60,919 nt of DNA from Bacteroidales bacterium (GTDB lineage: Bacteria; Bacteroidota; Bacteroidia; Bacteroidales; UBA10428). Each line of letters begins with the position of its first letter. The first letter of the stretch is position 1. The translations under genes and the position numbers were made by a program. Location: positions 1 through 60,919 of the forward strand of contig JAFGPB010000087.1 in the NCBI GenBank assembly GCA_016926205.1, given 5' to 3'. The notes below the pieces were generated by a model, which saw nothing but the letters and a program-made list of their open reading frames with translations, had not been told where the DNA came from and ran no database searches. Below are positions 20,498 through 30,831 of this stretch, in pieces.

Positions 20498-21538
20498 ATG
20501 AATTTTACAGCAAAAAGAATTGCCGAGTTTACAAATGGTGAAATAGTAGGGAATCCTGATGAAATCGTACATGACATTTCCAGGATCGAAGAAGGGAAAA
20601 AAGGGACTCTTGCCTTTCTTGCCAATCCCAAATACGAAAAATACCTTTACGACACCAAGGCATCAATAATACTCGTCAACCGGGAACTTGTAATCAACGG
20701 CAGCATTAAATCCACCCTGATCCGGGTTGAAAACGCGTACAACGCATTTACCTCCCTTCTCGAATTGTATGCGGGCTCCCTGCATGAAAAAACCGGGATC
20801 GAGCAGCCTTCTTTCATCGACCCCACTGCAAAAATCGGAAATAACGTTTATATCGGGGCTTTCGCATATATTGGGCCCAAAGCTGTAATTGGCAATAATG
20901 TTAAAATCTATCCTCAATCCTATGTTGGTGAAGGCACTGAAATAAGAGACCATACAATCCTTTACTCGGGTGTCAAGATCTATCACGACTGCATTATCGG
21001 TTCCCATTGTATCTTTCATTCCGGTTCTGTAATCGGTGGTGACGGCTTTGGGTTTGTTCAGCAGGACGATATGCAACAAAGAAAAATTCCACAGCTTGGT
21101 AATGTTATCATTGAGGATCATGTTGAAGCAGGTTCAAATGTAACCATCGACAGGGCAACAATCGGATCGACCATCATACGGAAAGGCGTCAAGCTGGATA
21201 ATCTGATCCAGATCGGCCATAATGTTGAGGTAGGTGAAAATACCGTGATTGTCGCCCAGGCGGGAATTGCCGGTTCCACTAAAGTCGGGGAAAACTGTAT
21301 GATTGGAGGACAAGCGGGTCTCGCCGGACATTTAAAAATAGGAGATAGTGTCAAAATCGGAGCACAATCAGGTGTAACCAACAGTATAAAAGCTAACGAG
21401 ACGGTTCTAGGTTCGCCGGCCATGAATGCTTCGAAACAGGTGAAGGCAATGGTGATTTACAAAAGTCTGCCTGAAATGTATCAAAGAATCACAGATCTTG
21501 AAAAAGAAATTGCGTTGTTGCGCAAGGAAAAGGAATAA
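20498..21538 (+). CDS. lpxD: UDP-3-O-(3-hydroxyacyl)glucosamine N-acyltransferase LpxD
   Basis: FLANPKY, hexapeptide repeats, [25 protein letters not shown]; ATG at 20498. Confidence 0.97.
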   Translation: MNFTAKRIAEFTNGEIVGNPDEIVHDISRIEEGKKGTLAFLANPKYEKYLYDTKASIILVNRELVINGSIKSTLIRVENAYNAFTSLLELYAGSLHEKTGIEQPSFIDPTAKIGNNVYIGAFAYIGPKAVIGNNVKIYPQSYVGEGTEIRDHTILYSGVKIYHDCIIGSHCIFHSGSVIGGDGFGFVQQDDMQQRKIPQLGNVIIEDHVEAGSNVTIDRATIGSTIIRKGVKLDNLIQIGHNVEVGENTVIVAQAGIAGSTKVGENCMIGGQAGLAGHLKIGDSVKIGAQSGVTNSIKANETVLGSPAMNASKQVKAMVIYKSLPEMYQRITDLEKEIALLRKEKE

Positions 21539-21764
21539 CCGGACCTGTAAAGACTTTTAAATGAATCATAAAATACCGACAATCCCATAAATCCACTATG
21601 GAATTGTTCACAGTTCCTCCGTAAATGAACCGGAAATAAACGATCCTGCCGTGCAAAACTCCATCCCGGCAGTCTTTTAACAAATCCGTGTCAGTCAATA
21701 TATCTGAAGGAGAACTTGCGTTTTCATATTTTTTTATAATTTCGTCATTATTTTTTAATTCTTT

Positions 21765-23165
21765 ATGTCTGAAAAGCAGAGAACCATAGCCGGTAAGGCA
21801 AGGTTAAGCGGAAGGGGACTGCATACCGGAGCTGAAGTGGAAGTGATCATCTGCCCGGCTCCCGAAAATCAAGGCTATCAGTTTATAAGAAAAGATCTTG
21901 AAGGCTCACCTTCAATCCGCGCACTGGCAGAAAATGTAAAAGTAACGGACCGGAGCACAACACTTTTTGAGAACAACGCCTCCATGTCCACGGTGGAACA
22001 TTTGTTGGCAGCATTATATGGCCTTGGTATTGACAATGCATCAATCGAGGTTAACGGACCGGAAATACCCATCATCGACGGGAGCTCCAGGCCTTTTGTG
22101 GAAGCCATACTCAATGCAGGGATCAAAGAACAGGAAGCAGACCGGCATTATTACCCTATTAAGGAAAAAATCACCTTCAGGGATGACAAACAGCAGATAG
22201 AGATTGTAGCCTATCCCGATGATCATTTCAGTGTTGATGTCCACATCCAGTACGATTCCAATGTGATTGGCCACCAATATGCCACTTTAAGGAATCTGGA
22301 TCAGTTCGAGAAGGACTTCTCTGCATGCAGAACTTTTGTGTTCCTTTATGAGCTTGAATATCTCCTAAAGAACAACCTAATCAAAGGTGGTGATCTTGAA
22401 AACGCCATTGTCATATCTGACCGTCCTGTCAGCCAGCAGGAATTTGACAGGCTTGCCAACCTGCTGGGTAAACCTTCCGTCAAAGCAAAAACTGACGGGA
22501 TCCTGAATGATAAGGATCTTGTATTTCCAAACGAACCTGCCCGCCATAAGCTTCTTGATGTAATCGGGGACCTGGCCCTGTGCGGTGTGCGGCTTAAAGG
22601 AAAAATCATTGCGACTCGTCCCGGTCATCACGCCAACGTGGAATTTGCCAAAATCCTCAGGAAACACATCAAACAAGCTTTGCACAAACATGTGCCTCCT
22701 GAATATGATCCGGAAAAGGAACCCCATTTCAACATTAACCAGATCCAGAAAATGTTGCCGCACCGGTACCCGTTCCTGCTGGTTGACAAAATCACGTATA
22801 TGGACGCCTGGGTCGTGTGCGGTATTAAAAATGTCACCATGAACGAGTCCTTTTTCGAAGGACATTTCCCTGATGAGCCCATTATGCCCGGCGTATTGCA
22901 AATCGAAGCCCTTGCCCAGGTTGGTGGCATTCTGCTTTTAAGCAGTGTACCCGATCCTGAAAACCATTTGTTGTATTTCCTCCGTATTGATTCCGTTAAA
23001 TTTAAACGTAAAGTTGTGCCCGGAGACACACTGAACATCAAAATGGAACTCAAGGAGCCGATCAAGCGGGGAATTGCTCTTTGCAAAGGCGAAGGATTTG
23101 TGGGCAATAATCTTGTCATCGAAGCAGAATTTATGGCTCAACTGGCAAAAAAGCCAGATTTATAA
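21765..23165 (+). CDS. lpxC: Bifunctional LpxC/FabZ
   Basis: LpxC motifs GRGLHTG, TVEHLLAA, DGSS, RHKLLDVIGD; FabZ motifs LPHRYPFLLVD, FEGHFP, MPGVLQIEALAQ. Confidence 0.97.
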   Translation: MSEKQRTIAGKARLSGRGLHTGAEVEVIICPAPENQGYQFIRKDLEGSPSIRALAENVKVTDRSTTLFENNASMSTVEHLLAALYGLGIDNASIEVNGPEIPIIDGSSRPFVEAILNAGIKEQEADRHYYPIKEKITFRDDKQQIEIVAYPDDHFSVDVHIQYDSNVIGHQYATLRNLDQFEKDFSACRTFVFLYELEYLLKNNLIKGGDLENAIVISDRPVSQQEFDRLANLLGKPSVKAKTDGILNDKDLVFPNEPARHKLLDVIGDLALCGVRLKGKIIATRPGHHANVEFAKILRKHIKQALHKHVPPEYDPEKEPHFNINQIQKMLPHRYPFLLVDKITYMDAWVVCGIKNVTMNESFFEGHFPDEPIMPGVLQIEALAQVGGILLLSSVPDPENHLLYFLRIDSVKFKRKVVPGDTLNIKMELKEPIKRGIALCKGEGFVGNNLVIEAEFMAQLAKKPDL

Positions 23166-23199
23166 AGTTTTCACAAAAAAAAGTATAATTGTTTTTTCA

Positions 23200-23988
23200 A
23201 TGAGCAAAGAAACGCTTAATGTAATCCATCCCGAAGCCAGGATCGGTAAAAATGTAGAAATCGGACCATTTACTACCATTTACGGAGATACCCGGATTGG
23301 TGACAATACCTGGATTGGTCCCAACGTGACCATCATGGATGGTGCACGCATCGGTATGAACTGCAGAATCTTTCCGGGTGCCGTAATCGCCGGAATTCCG
23401 CAGGACCTGAAATTTGCAGGAGAAATAACTACCGCTGAAATCGGGGATGGTACAACCATACGTGAATATGTTACCGTTAACCGGGGAACGAAATCCAAGG
23501 GAAAGACCCTTGTCGGAAGTGACTGTCTGCTTCAGTCCTATGTGCACATTGCACATGATTGCTTTATTGGCAATCACTGTATCTTATCGGGATACACCGG
23601 ACTCGGGGGAGAAGTGATCATTCAGGACTGGGCAATTCTGGGCGGAGGCAGCCTCATTCATCAGTTTGTCAAGATCGGTCAGCATGTGATGATACAGGGA
23701 GGCAGCAAGGTACAAAAGGATGTTCCCCCATACATAATGGCAGGACGTGATCCTCTGGTTTACGCAGGGCTGAATCTTGTCGGGCTCCGCAGGCGCAATT
23801 ATTCTCAGGAGAAGATCCAGGAGATACAGGAAATATACCGTACCATATATCAGAAAGGCCTGAATACCTCTGACGCCTTGCGAAATATTGAAGCGAGTTT
23901 TCCCCCTTCCTTTGAACGTGAATATATTATTCAATTCGTCAGGGAATCGGAAAGGGGGATTATTAAAGGACTGCTTGAGGAAGACTGA
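23200..23988 (+). CDS. lpxA: Acyl-ACP--UDP-GlcNAc O-acyltransferase LpxA
   Basis: IHPEARIG, PQDLKF, IREYVTVNRGT, HIAHDC, IHQF; ATG at 23200. Confidence 0.97.
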   Translation: MSKETLNVIHPEARIGKNVEIGPFTTIYGDTRIGDNTWIGPNVTIMDGARIGMNCRIFPGAVIAGIPQDLKFAGEITTAEIGDGTTIREYVTVNRGTKSKGKTLVGSDCLLQSYVHIAHDCFIGNHCILSGYTGLGGEVIIQDWAILGGGSLIHQFVKIGQHVMIQGGSKVQKDVPPYIMAGRDPLVYAGLNLVGLRRRNYSQEKIQEIQEIYRTIYQKGLNTSDALRNIEASFPPSFEREYIIQFVRESERGIIKGLLEED

Positions 23989-24308
23989 AAGACCAGTCCG
24001 GTCCGTACCCTCCCTGAGCATTTCATTCAAACGCTGTCCGGGATTCTGTAATCATTCAAGACGCAGATCAGGTCATGTTCATGCGCACATTGGGGTAAAC
24101 AATCGCATCAATAAGCCCATACCCCGATAACCGTATATGAAACGATCCTTCCGGCAGGCGATGAAGCCGTACCACTTCCCGCAAGGTCAGCTCCGTAATA
24201 ATCACATACCCGCTTAATGCAGGAATTCATCTCCTCAGTCATTTCAACGGTAAACTCAGCATAGAGCGCAACCGAAACAATTATCAGTATAAATTGAACT
24301 AGATTTAT

Positions 24309-24341
24309 TATATTTGCGATTATTTAGAATAATTCTAAATA
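24309..24341 (+). promoter_or_regulatory. suf promoter -7 element followed by a perfect 10-1-10 palindrome (Fur/PerR-family-like operator)
   Basis: TATATTTG at 24309-24316; TATTTAGAAT-A-ATTCTAAATA at 24321-24341. Confidence 0.75.
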
Positions 24342-24481
24342 CGATTGTACCGGCTTCGGCTGTAGCATCCTTGCTCTCCTGCCGGATATCAATCGTGCTT
24401 CAAGGCGATCAGGACATCAATCCGGATTTGCTGATGGTTCAGGATGCGCCGACCTTCACAGGTAAAAACAGGATATTGAGA

Positions 24482-25930
24482 ATGAATGCATCACAGGATA
24501 AATTACTGGCTAAGGTTACACAGGCTGATTATAAATATGGTTTTTATACAGACATAGAAACGGATGCCTTTGCAAAAGGACTGAATGAGGATGTTGTACG
24601 GCAGATCTCCGGAAAGAAGAATGAGCCCGGGTTCATGCTCGATTTCCGTCTCAAAGCATACAGCCACTGGAAAACTATGAAAATGCCTGAATGGGCGCAT
24701 CTTACAATCCCTGAAATTGATTACCAGGACATCATATATTATGCTGCACCCCTGCAAAAACCCACACTCGGCAGCCTCGATGAAGTAGATCCCGAGTTGC
24801 TCAGAACATTCGAAAAACTGGGCATTCCCCTCGAGGAACAGAAACTGCTTTCAGGTGTTGCAGTGGATGCGGTAATGGACAGCATCTCTGTCAAGACCAC
24901 TTTTAAAGAAACCCTGGCAGAGCTGGGTGTCATCTTTTGTCCAATGAGTGAAGCCATCCGGGAGTATCCCGATCTCGCAAAAAAATACATCGGAAGTGTT
25001 GTTCCCTATACCGACAATTTTTTCGCAGCACTCAATTCGGCTGTTTTCAGTGACGGATCATTCTGCTATATACCCAAAGGGGTAAGGTGTCCCATGGAAT
25101 TGTCGACCTACTTCAGGATCAATATGGCCAATACCGGACAGTTTGAGAGAACCCTGATCATAGCCGAAGATGACAGTTATGTCAGTTATCTTGAAGGATG
25201 CACCGCACCCGTGCGTGATAACAATCAACTGCATGCCGCTGTTGTTGAGATCGTTGTTCTGGATAATGCGGAAGTGAAGTATTCTACCGTTCAGAACTGG
25301 TATCCTGGCGATAAAAACGGGAAAGGCGGCATATACAATTTCGTTACAAAAAGGGGGCTTTGTAAAGGTGATCATTCAAAGATCTCCTGGAACCAGGTAG
25401 AAACCGGCTCAGCAATTACATGGAAATATCCCAGCTGTATTCTTAAAGGAAACCATACCACGGGTGAATTTTATTCGGTTGCCATTACCAACAACTACCA
25501 GCAGGCAGATACAGGTACCAAAATGATACACATCGGGAAAAACAGCCGCAGTACGATCATTTCAAAGGGTATTTCTGCAGGTCACGGACAAAACAGTTTC
25601 CGGAGCCTGGTCAAGGTACTGAAAACAGCAGATAACGTCCGCAATTTCACGCAATGTGATTCCCTTCTGATGGGAGATCAGTGCGGCGCGCACACATTCC
25701 CCTATATTGAAGTGGAAAATGATTCCGCAGTCCTCGAGCATGAAGCCACAACCTCCAGGATCGGGGAAGACCAGATTTTCTACTGTAACCAGCGTGGTAT
25801 TGATACGGAAAATGCCATCGGACTGATCATAAACGGATATGCACGGGAAGTGCTGAACAAATTGCCCATGGAATTTGCCGTCGAAGCACAAAAGCTCCTT
25901 CAGATCAGTCTGGAAGGCAGCGTAGGGTAA
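24482..25930 (+). CDS. sufB: Fe-S cluster assembly protein SufB
   Basis: [54 protein letters not shown]; ATG at 24482. Confidence 0.97.
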   Translation: MNASQDKLLAKVTQADYKYGFYTDIETDAFAKGLNEDVVRQISGKKNEPGFMLDFRLKAYSHWKTMKMPEWAHLTIPEIDYQDIIYYAAPLQKPTLGSLDEVDPELLRTFEKLGIPLEEQKLLSGVAVDAVMDSISVKTTFKETLAELGVIFCPMSEAIREYPDLAKKYIGSVVPYTDNFFAALNSAVFSDGSFCYIPKGVRCPMELSTYFRINMANTGQFERTLIIAEDDSYVSYLEGCTAPVRDNNQLHAAVVEIVVLDNAEVKYSTVQNWYPGDKNGKGGIYNFVTKRGLCKGDHSKISWNQVETGSAITWKYPSCILKGNHTTGEFYSVAITNNYQQADTGTKMIHIGKNSRSTIISKGISAGHGQNSFRSLVKVLKTADNVRNFTQCDSLLMGDQCGAHTFPYIEVENDSAVLEHEATTSRIGEDQIFYCNQRGIDTENAIGLIINGYAREVLNKLPMEFAVEAQKLLQISLEGSVG

Positions 25931-26014
25931 ACAACAAATGGAACGGTCATCTGTTCGCAACAAGTCGGATAGGGTGACTCAAAAGAACAGATTCTTGAAA
26001 CCAAAAAAGTGTAT

Positions 26015-26761
26015 ATGCTTGAAATTAAAAATTTGCATGTAAACATTGAAGGAAAAGAAATATTGAAAGGTATCGATCTGCATGTCAGGGCAGGCGAGAT
26101 ACATGCCATTATGGGCCCCAACGGTTCGGGTAAAAGTACGCTCGCCTCCGCCATTGCGGGAAAGGATATTGTCGAGATCACAGAAGGAGAGATCAACTAT
26201 ATGGGAGAAAATCTGAAGGATATGAATCCGGAAGACAGGGCCCGAAAGGGTTTGTTTCTCGGATTTCAATACCCGGTCGAGATCCCCGGAGTTTCACTGG
26301 TAAACTTCATGAAGACGGCAATCAACGAAAACCGTAAATTTAAGGGACTGGAACCCATTTCTGCCTCGGAATTCCTGAAAATGATGAACGAAAAACAGGA
26401 GCTGGTGGGTTTGCATGCAAAGCTCACAAGCCGGTCTGTCAACGAAGGCTTTTCCGGCGGTGAGAAAAAACGCAACGAAATCTTCCAGATGGCGATGCTT
26501 GAACCCTTGCTTGCCATTCTTGACGAGACGGATTCGGGACTTGATATCGATGCAATGAAAATCGTCGCCAATGGTGTAAACAAACTGAAGCGAAGTTACA
26601 ATGCGACGATACTCATTACGCATTACCAGCGTCTGCTGGATTATGTCATCCCCGATTTTGTGCATGTTCTGTACAAAGGCAGAATTGTCAGGTCAGGCGA
26701 AAAAGAACTTGCCCAGGAGCTTGAAGAGAAAGGTTATGAGTGGATTGAGGAAGAAGTATAA
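26015..26761 (+). CDS. sufC: Fe-S cluster assembly ATPase SufC
   Basis: GPNGSGKST, FQYPVEIPGV, NEGFSGGEKKRNEI, LDETDSGLDID. Confidence 0.97.
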   Translation: MLEIKNLHVNIEGKEILKGIDLHVRAGEIHAIMGPNGSGKSTLASAIAGKDIVEITEGEINYMGENLKDMNPEDRARKGLFLGFQYPVEIPGVSLVNFMKTAINENRKFKGLEPISASEFLKMMNEKQELVGLHAKLTSRSVNEGFSGGEKKRNEIFQMAMLEPLLAILDETDSGLDIDAMKIVANGVNKLKRSYNATILITHYQRLLDYVIPDFVHVLYKGRIVRSGEKELAQELEEKGYEWIEEEV

Positions 26762-26790
26762 TAATATTTTAAACAATTGGTTGTGATAAA

Positions 26791-28158
26791 ATGAATCTGT
26801 TGACATCCGTTACCGAAATCAAACAGCAAATCATCGAACAGTTTGAAAAACACGCAGATGAATTATATAACGGCACAGGCAACCGGATAAACCGGTTTCG
26901 CAAACAGGCACTGGATGATTTCAACCGCCTCGGAATCCCGACAGCCAAAAACGAAAACTACCGTTACACACCCGTTGACAGGTTCCTGCAGGGCAGTTAT
27001 GACCTGGATCTTAAGGCCAATCCTTTCAGGATCGAACCGGAAGATGTTTTTAAATGCAACATTCCGGAACTGGATACTGATGTGCTGCTTTTTTTGAACG
27101 GATTCTATTATGGTTCAGGAAGACCCCTGAATGTACCTGACGGAGTCGTCATCTGCAGCCTGAATGAAGCATCGGAAAGGCATCCTGATATTTTTCAGGC
27201 CCATTATTCGAAGTATGCCAGCACCTCAGAGGACGGTCTTGTAGCCATGAACACTCTTTTCGCCCGCGACGGGATCTTTATATATCTTCCTGATGACGCA
27301 GTACTCAGACGTCCTCTGCAAATTATCAATCTCAGCCATTCATTCAACAACCTCCGGATCACCCGGCGAAACCTTGTTGTTGCCGGCAAAAACACGGCAG
27401 CCAGTCTTGTGATCTGCGACCATACACTATGTGAACAGAGCTATCACATCAATTCACTTACCGAAATAGTCCTGGACGACCATTCCCACATTGACTACAC
27501 CAGGATTCAGAATGAAAACAACCTTTCGGCACAGATTAACAATGTATTTGTCAACCAGCAGTCAGGCAGCCTTTTTAACAGCCATATCATTACATTGCAC
27601 GCCGGTCTGAGCAGAAACAATTTTTATGTAAATCTCATGGCACCTTTTTGTGAAAGCAATCTTTACGGATTGTTTCTTTGTGACAGGAAACAGCATGTGG
27701 CAAATTACACCCTGATGAATCATGACAGTCCGGATTGTCTTAGCAATCAATTGTTTAAGGGTATACTCGACGATGAAGCGACAGGAACCTTCAACGGCAA
27801 GATCCATGTCCGTAAGGATGCCCAAAAAACACGGGCATATCAGAGAAACAATAACATTTTGCTTTCATCAGCCTCAAAAATGAACTCAAAGCCTCATCTT
27901 GAAATATATGCGGACGATGTAAAATGCAGTCACGGTGCCACAACAGGCCAACTCGACAATGAAGCCCTGTTTTACGCCCGTACACGAGGTATCAGTGAGA
28001 AAGAAGCCAGGCATTTGCTGATGTATGCTTTTGCAAATGAAATCGTTTCAGAGATCTCAGTTGATATTCTCAGGGAACGCATCATTGAGATGATTGACAA
28101 AAGACTCAGGGGTGAATTGTCAAGATGCAACAATTGTGACATTCACTGCACCTCCTAA
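26791..28158 (+). CDS. sufD: Fe-S cluster assembly protein SufD
   Basis: ENYRYT, FNGKIHVRKDAQKT, KPHLEIYADDVKCSHGAT. Confidence 0.96.
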   Translation: MNLLTSVTEIKQQIIEQFEKHADELYNGTGNRINRFRKQALDDFNRLGIPTAKNENYRYTPVDRFLQGSYDLDLKANPFRIEPEDVFKCNIPELDTDVLLFLNGFYYGSGRPLNVPDGVVICSLNEASERHPDIFQAHYSKYASTSEDGLVAMNTLFARDGIFIYLPDDAVLRRPLQIINLSHSFNNLRITRRNLVVAGKNTAASLVICDHTLCEQSYHINSLTEIVLDDHSHIDYTRIQNENNLSAQINNVFVNQQSGSLFNSHIITLHAGLSRNNFYVNLMAPFCESNLYGLFLCDRKQHVANYTLMNHDSPDCLSNQLFKGILDDEATGTFNGKIHVRKDAQKTRAYQRNNNILLSSASKMNSKPHLEIYADDVKCSHGATTGQLDNEALFYARTRGISEKEARHLLMYAFANEIVSEISVDILRERIIEMIDKRLRGELSRCNNCDIHCTS

Positions 28159-28169
28159 TCAGAATATTT

Positions 28170-29390
28170 ATGGAGTATAATGTTGATTCGATCCGGAAAG
28201 ATTTTCCGATGCTCAAACAGGAAGTCTACGGCAGACCGTTGGTTTATCTCGATAACGGGGCCACCACCCAGAAGCCGCTTCCAGTCATAGAATGCATCCG
28301 TAATTTTCATTCCTTCAAAAACAGCAGCATCCACAGAGGCATCCATTTTTACAGTGAGCGGGCGACCGAGGAATTTGAAAATGCCCGCAAGACCGTGCAA
28401 CAGTTTATTCATGCTGAAAAGTCCAGTGAGATTATTTTTACAAGCGGAACTACCAGCTCGGTGAACGGCCTGGCCTGGTCTTTCGGTGAACGGTTCATCC
28501 GCCCTGGAGATGAAATCATCATCTCCGAAATGGAACATCACTCCAATATTGTACCCTGGCAAATGCTATGTGAAAGGAAAGGATCCGTCCTGAAGGTCCT
28601 TCCTTTCAACGACGACGGCATACTTGAAATTGACAGGCTTGATGCCCTGATTAACAACAGGACCCGCCTCATCTCTGTCATGCATATTTCCAACACCCTG
28701 GGTACCATAAATCCGATACGCACCATCATTGAGAAAGCTCATGAAAATGATATTCCGGTGCTGATCGACGCTGCACAGTCGGTTCAGCACATTGCAATTG
28801 ATGTGCAGCAACTGGATTGTGACTTTCTCGTTTTTTCGGGCCATAAAATATATGGGCCCACCGGTATCGGAGTTCTTTATGCCAAGGAAAAATGGCTTCA
28901 TGAGCTGCCCCCATTCCAGGGAGGTGGCGAAATGGTTGACGTGGTCACTTTTCAGAAGACCACCTACACCGAACCCCCTGTGAAATTTGAGGCGGGCACT
29001 CCCAACTATATTGGTGCGATCGGACTGGCAGAAGCGTTGAAATACGTTACATCAACCGGATTGTCCGGGATTCTTCAGCATGAAAACGCACTGCTGGATT
29101 ACGGGTTCCAGCAACTGTCCCAACTGGATTTTGTAAAACTCTATGGTCAGGCGTCCGATAAGAGTTCAATCTTGTCCTTCAATCTCAGGGACATTCATTA
29201 CTATGATGCCGGTATGATCATTGATAAAATGGGCATTGCCGTGCGTACAGGGACCCACTGTGCGCAACCCGTAATGCAGCATTATGGTATCAGTGGGACC
29301 ATTAGGGCATCTCTCGGAATGTACAATACAAAGGAAGAAATTGACAATCTGGTCGGTGCCATTAAAAAGGTCCGTGATATGTTTGTCTGA
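28170..29390 (+). CDS. sufS: Cysteine desulfurase SufS
   Basis: YLDNGATTQKP, EHHSNIVPWQ, FSGHKIYGPTG, RTGTHCAQP. Confidence 0.97.
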   Translation: MEYNVDSIRKDFPMLKQEVYGRPLVYLDNGATTQKPLPVIECIRNFHSFKNSSIHRGIHFYSERATEEFENARKTVQQFIHAEKSSEIIFTSGTTSSVNGLAWSFGERFIRPGDEIIISEMEHHSNIVPWQMLCERKGSVLKVLPFNDDGILEIDRLDALINNRTRLISVMHISNTLGTINPIRTIIEKAHENDIPVLIDAAQSVQHIAIDVQQLDCDFLVFSGHKIYGPTGIGVLYAKEKWLHELPPFQGGGEMVDVVTFQKTTYTEPPVKFEAGTPNYIGAIGLAEALKYVTSTGLSGILQHENALLDYGFQQLSQLDFVKLYGQASDKSSILSFNLRDIHYYDAGMIIDKMGIAVRTGTHCAQPVMQHYGISGTIRASLGMYNTKEEIDNLVGAIKKVRDMFV

Positions 29391-29435
29391 TATTGAAATC
29401 GAACATATTAATTTCTAATTTGTTATATTTAAAAA

Positions 29436-29867
29436 GTGAAAAGCATCATTGAAATCCAGCAGGAAATATCAGGAGAATTTGAAATGTACGACGACTGGAT
29501 GGATAAATACAATTATTTAATTGAACTTGGTAAAGATCTTGCCGTTATTGACACGAAACACAAAGTGAAAGAAAACCTGATCAATGGTTGCCAGTCGAGG
29601 GTCTGGCTGCACGCAGAATATGAGGAGGGTCTGATTCACTTCACGGCCGACAGCGATTCCATCATTACAAAAGGGATCATTGCTTTGCTGGTGCGCGTTC
29701 TTTCCGGACGGAAACCGGAAGAGATCCTGAACACTGATCTCTTCTTTATCGACCGTATCGGTCTGAGGCAAAATCTTTCACCCACGCGGTCAAACGGACT
29801 GCTTTCCATGATCAGGCAGATGAAACTGTATGCATTGGCATACCATGCAAAAGCAAAAGGCTCATAA
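29436..29867 (+). CDS. sufE: Sulfur acceptor SufE
   Basis: GCQSRVWL, ADSD, LSPTRSNGL. Confidence 0.95.
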   Translation: MKSIIEIQQEISGEFEMYDDWMDKYNYLIELGKDLAVIDTKHKVKENLINGCQSRVWLHAEYEEGLIHFTADSDSIITKGIIALLVRVLSGRKPEEILNTDLFFIDRIGLRQNLSPTRSNGLLSMIRQMKLYALAYHAKAKGS

Positions 29868-29940
29868 ACCGGAATCCCGAACCACAGGTATGAAATCCCA
29901 AAAGAAAGCTTTGTAAATAAATACCAAAGAAAAGAAGCAT

Positions 29941-30246
29941 ATGTTGTCACTGGAGACTGAAATCGTAAACATTCTCAGAGATATTTATGATCCCGAGATT
30001 CCCGTGAACATTTATGACCTTGGCCTGATCTATGATATCAACATCGAAGACCGGAATAAAGTCCGGATCACCATGACTTTAACCGCGCCCAATTGTCCGG
30101 TTGCTGACCTTCTGCCAAACGAAATCAAGGAAAAAATAGAAAGGCTTCCTGAAGTGTCTTCCGCTCAGGTCGATCTGGTTTTTGATCCCCCCTGGAACCA
30201 GTCCATGATGTCGGATGAAGCCAAATTTGATCTCGGGATGCTCTGA
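29941..30246 (+). CDS. sufT: SufT/DUF59 metal-sulfur cluster assembly factor
   Basis: DPEIPVNIYDLGLIY, MTLTAPNCP, FDPPW. Confidence 0.9.
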   Translation: MLSLETEIVNILRDIYDPEIPVNIYDLGLIYDINIEDRNKVRITMTLTAPNCPVADLLPNEIKEKIERLPEVSSAQVDLVFDPPWNQSMMSDEAKFDLGML

Positions 30247-30421
30247 ACATTGCCTCTGCACTTTATCTGTTCCTCTCTGTCAGATCCATCATATTCACAA
30301 TCATTTACTTCCGAACAATCCAATGACAAATTTCAAACTGTTATTAACTTTATCATTTTTTTAACGTAAACAGAACGGATGGAATAGTTTTTGTTCATAA
30401 ATTTGTTCCGAGAAATTGCCT

Positions 30422-30790
30422 ATGAAAAAACTTCTACTCCTATCAGCTGTCCTTTTGTTGCTTTGTGTTCATGATGCTGCGGATGCTGCAGGAAACATGA
30501 ATACATTCAACTCAGATGTCAGCTTTTTGTTTTTTCAGGAAAACCCCGGACCGAAGGTTGAAATATATCCAAATCCCCTGTCTGAGGGGAGACTTACCAT
30601 TGAAGCCAATGATCAGATTCTGAACGTTCAGGTTCTCAATATTACCGGCGAAATGGTGTTCAACAGGGAATATCAACCCGGGACCTACTCGGTCGTTGTG
30701 GAATTAAATCAGGCAGAAAAAGGATTGTATCTAGTCAGGGTCAGCTTTAACCATAAGGTGATACACACTGAAAAAATCATGGTGAAATAG
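30422..30790 (+). CDS. Small secreted protein consisting almost entirely of a T9SS type A C-terminal sorting domain
   Basis: Sec signal peptide MKKLLLLSAVLLLLCVHDAADA; IYPNP, GLYLVRV and terminal KIMVK CTD motifs; TAAATTTG at 30398-30405 upstream. Confidence 0.8.
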   Translation: MKKLLLLSAVLLLLCVHDAADAAGNMNTFNSDVSFLFFQENPGPKVEIYPNPLSEGRLTIEANDQILNVQVLNITGEMVFNREYQPGTYSVVVELNQAEKGLYLVRVSFNHKVIHTEKIMVK

Positions 30791-30831
30791 CGCGGGACTC
30801 TGTTGTATTGATCCGCCGCTTAATCTGAGTA

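Noticed and set aside
21765-23165. LpxC-FabZ fusion as a novelty
   Set aside because: Standard in Bacteroidota
23074-23199. LpxA extension overlapping lpxC/fabZ, suggesting a frameshift fusion
   Set aside because: lpxC/fabZ has a normal stop and lpxA has its own ATG at 23200; the extension is not protein-like
24314-24481. 56-aa N-terminal extension of SufB from a TTG
   Set aside because: It runs through the promoter and operator palindrome; SufB-like sequence begins at ATG 24482
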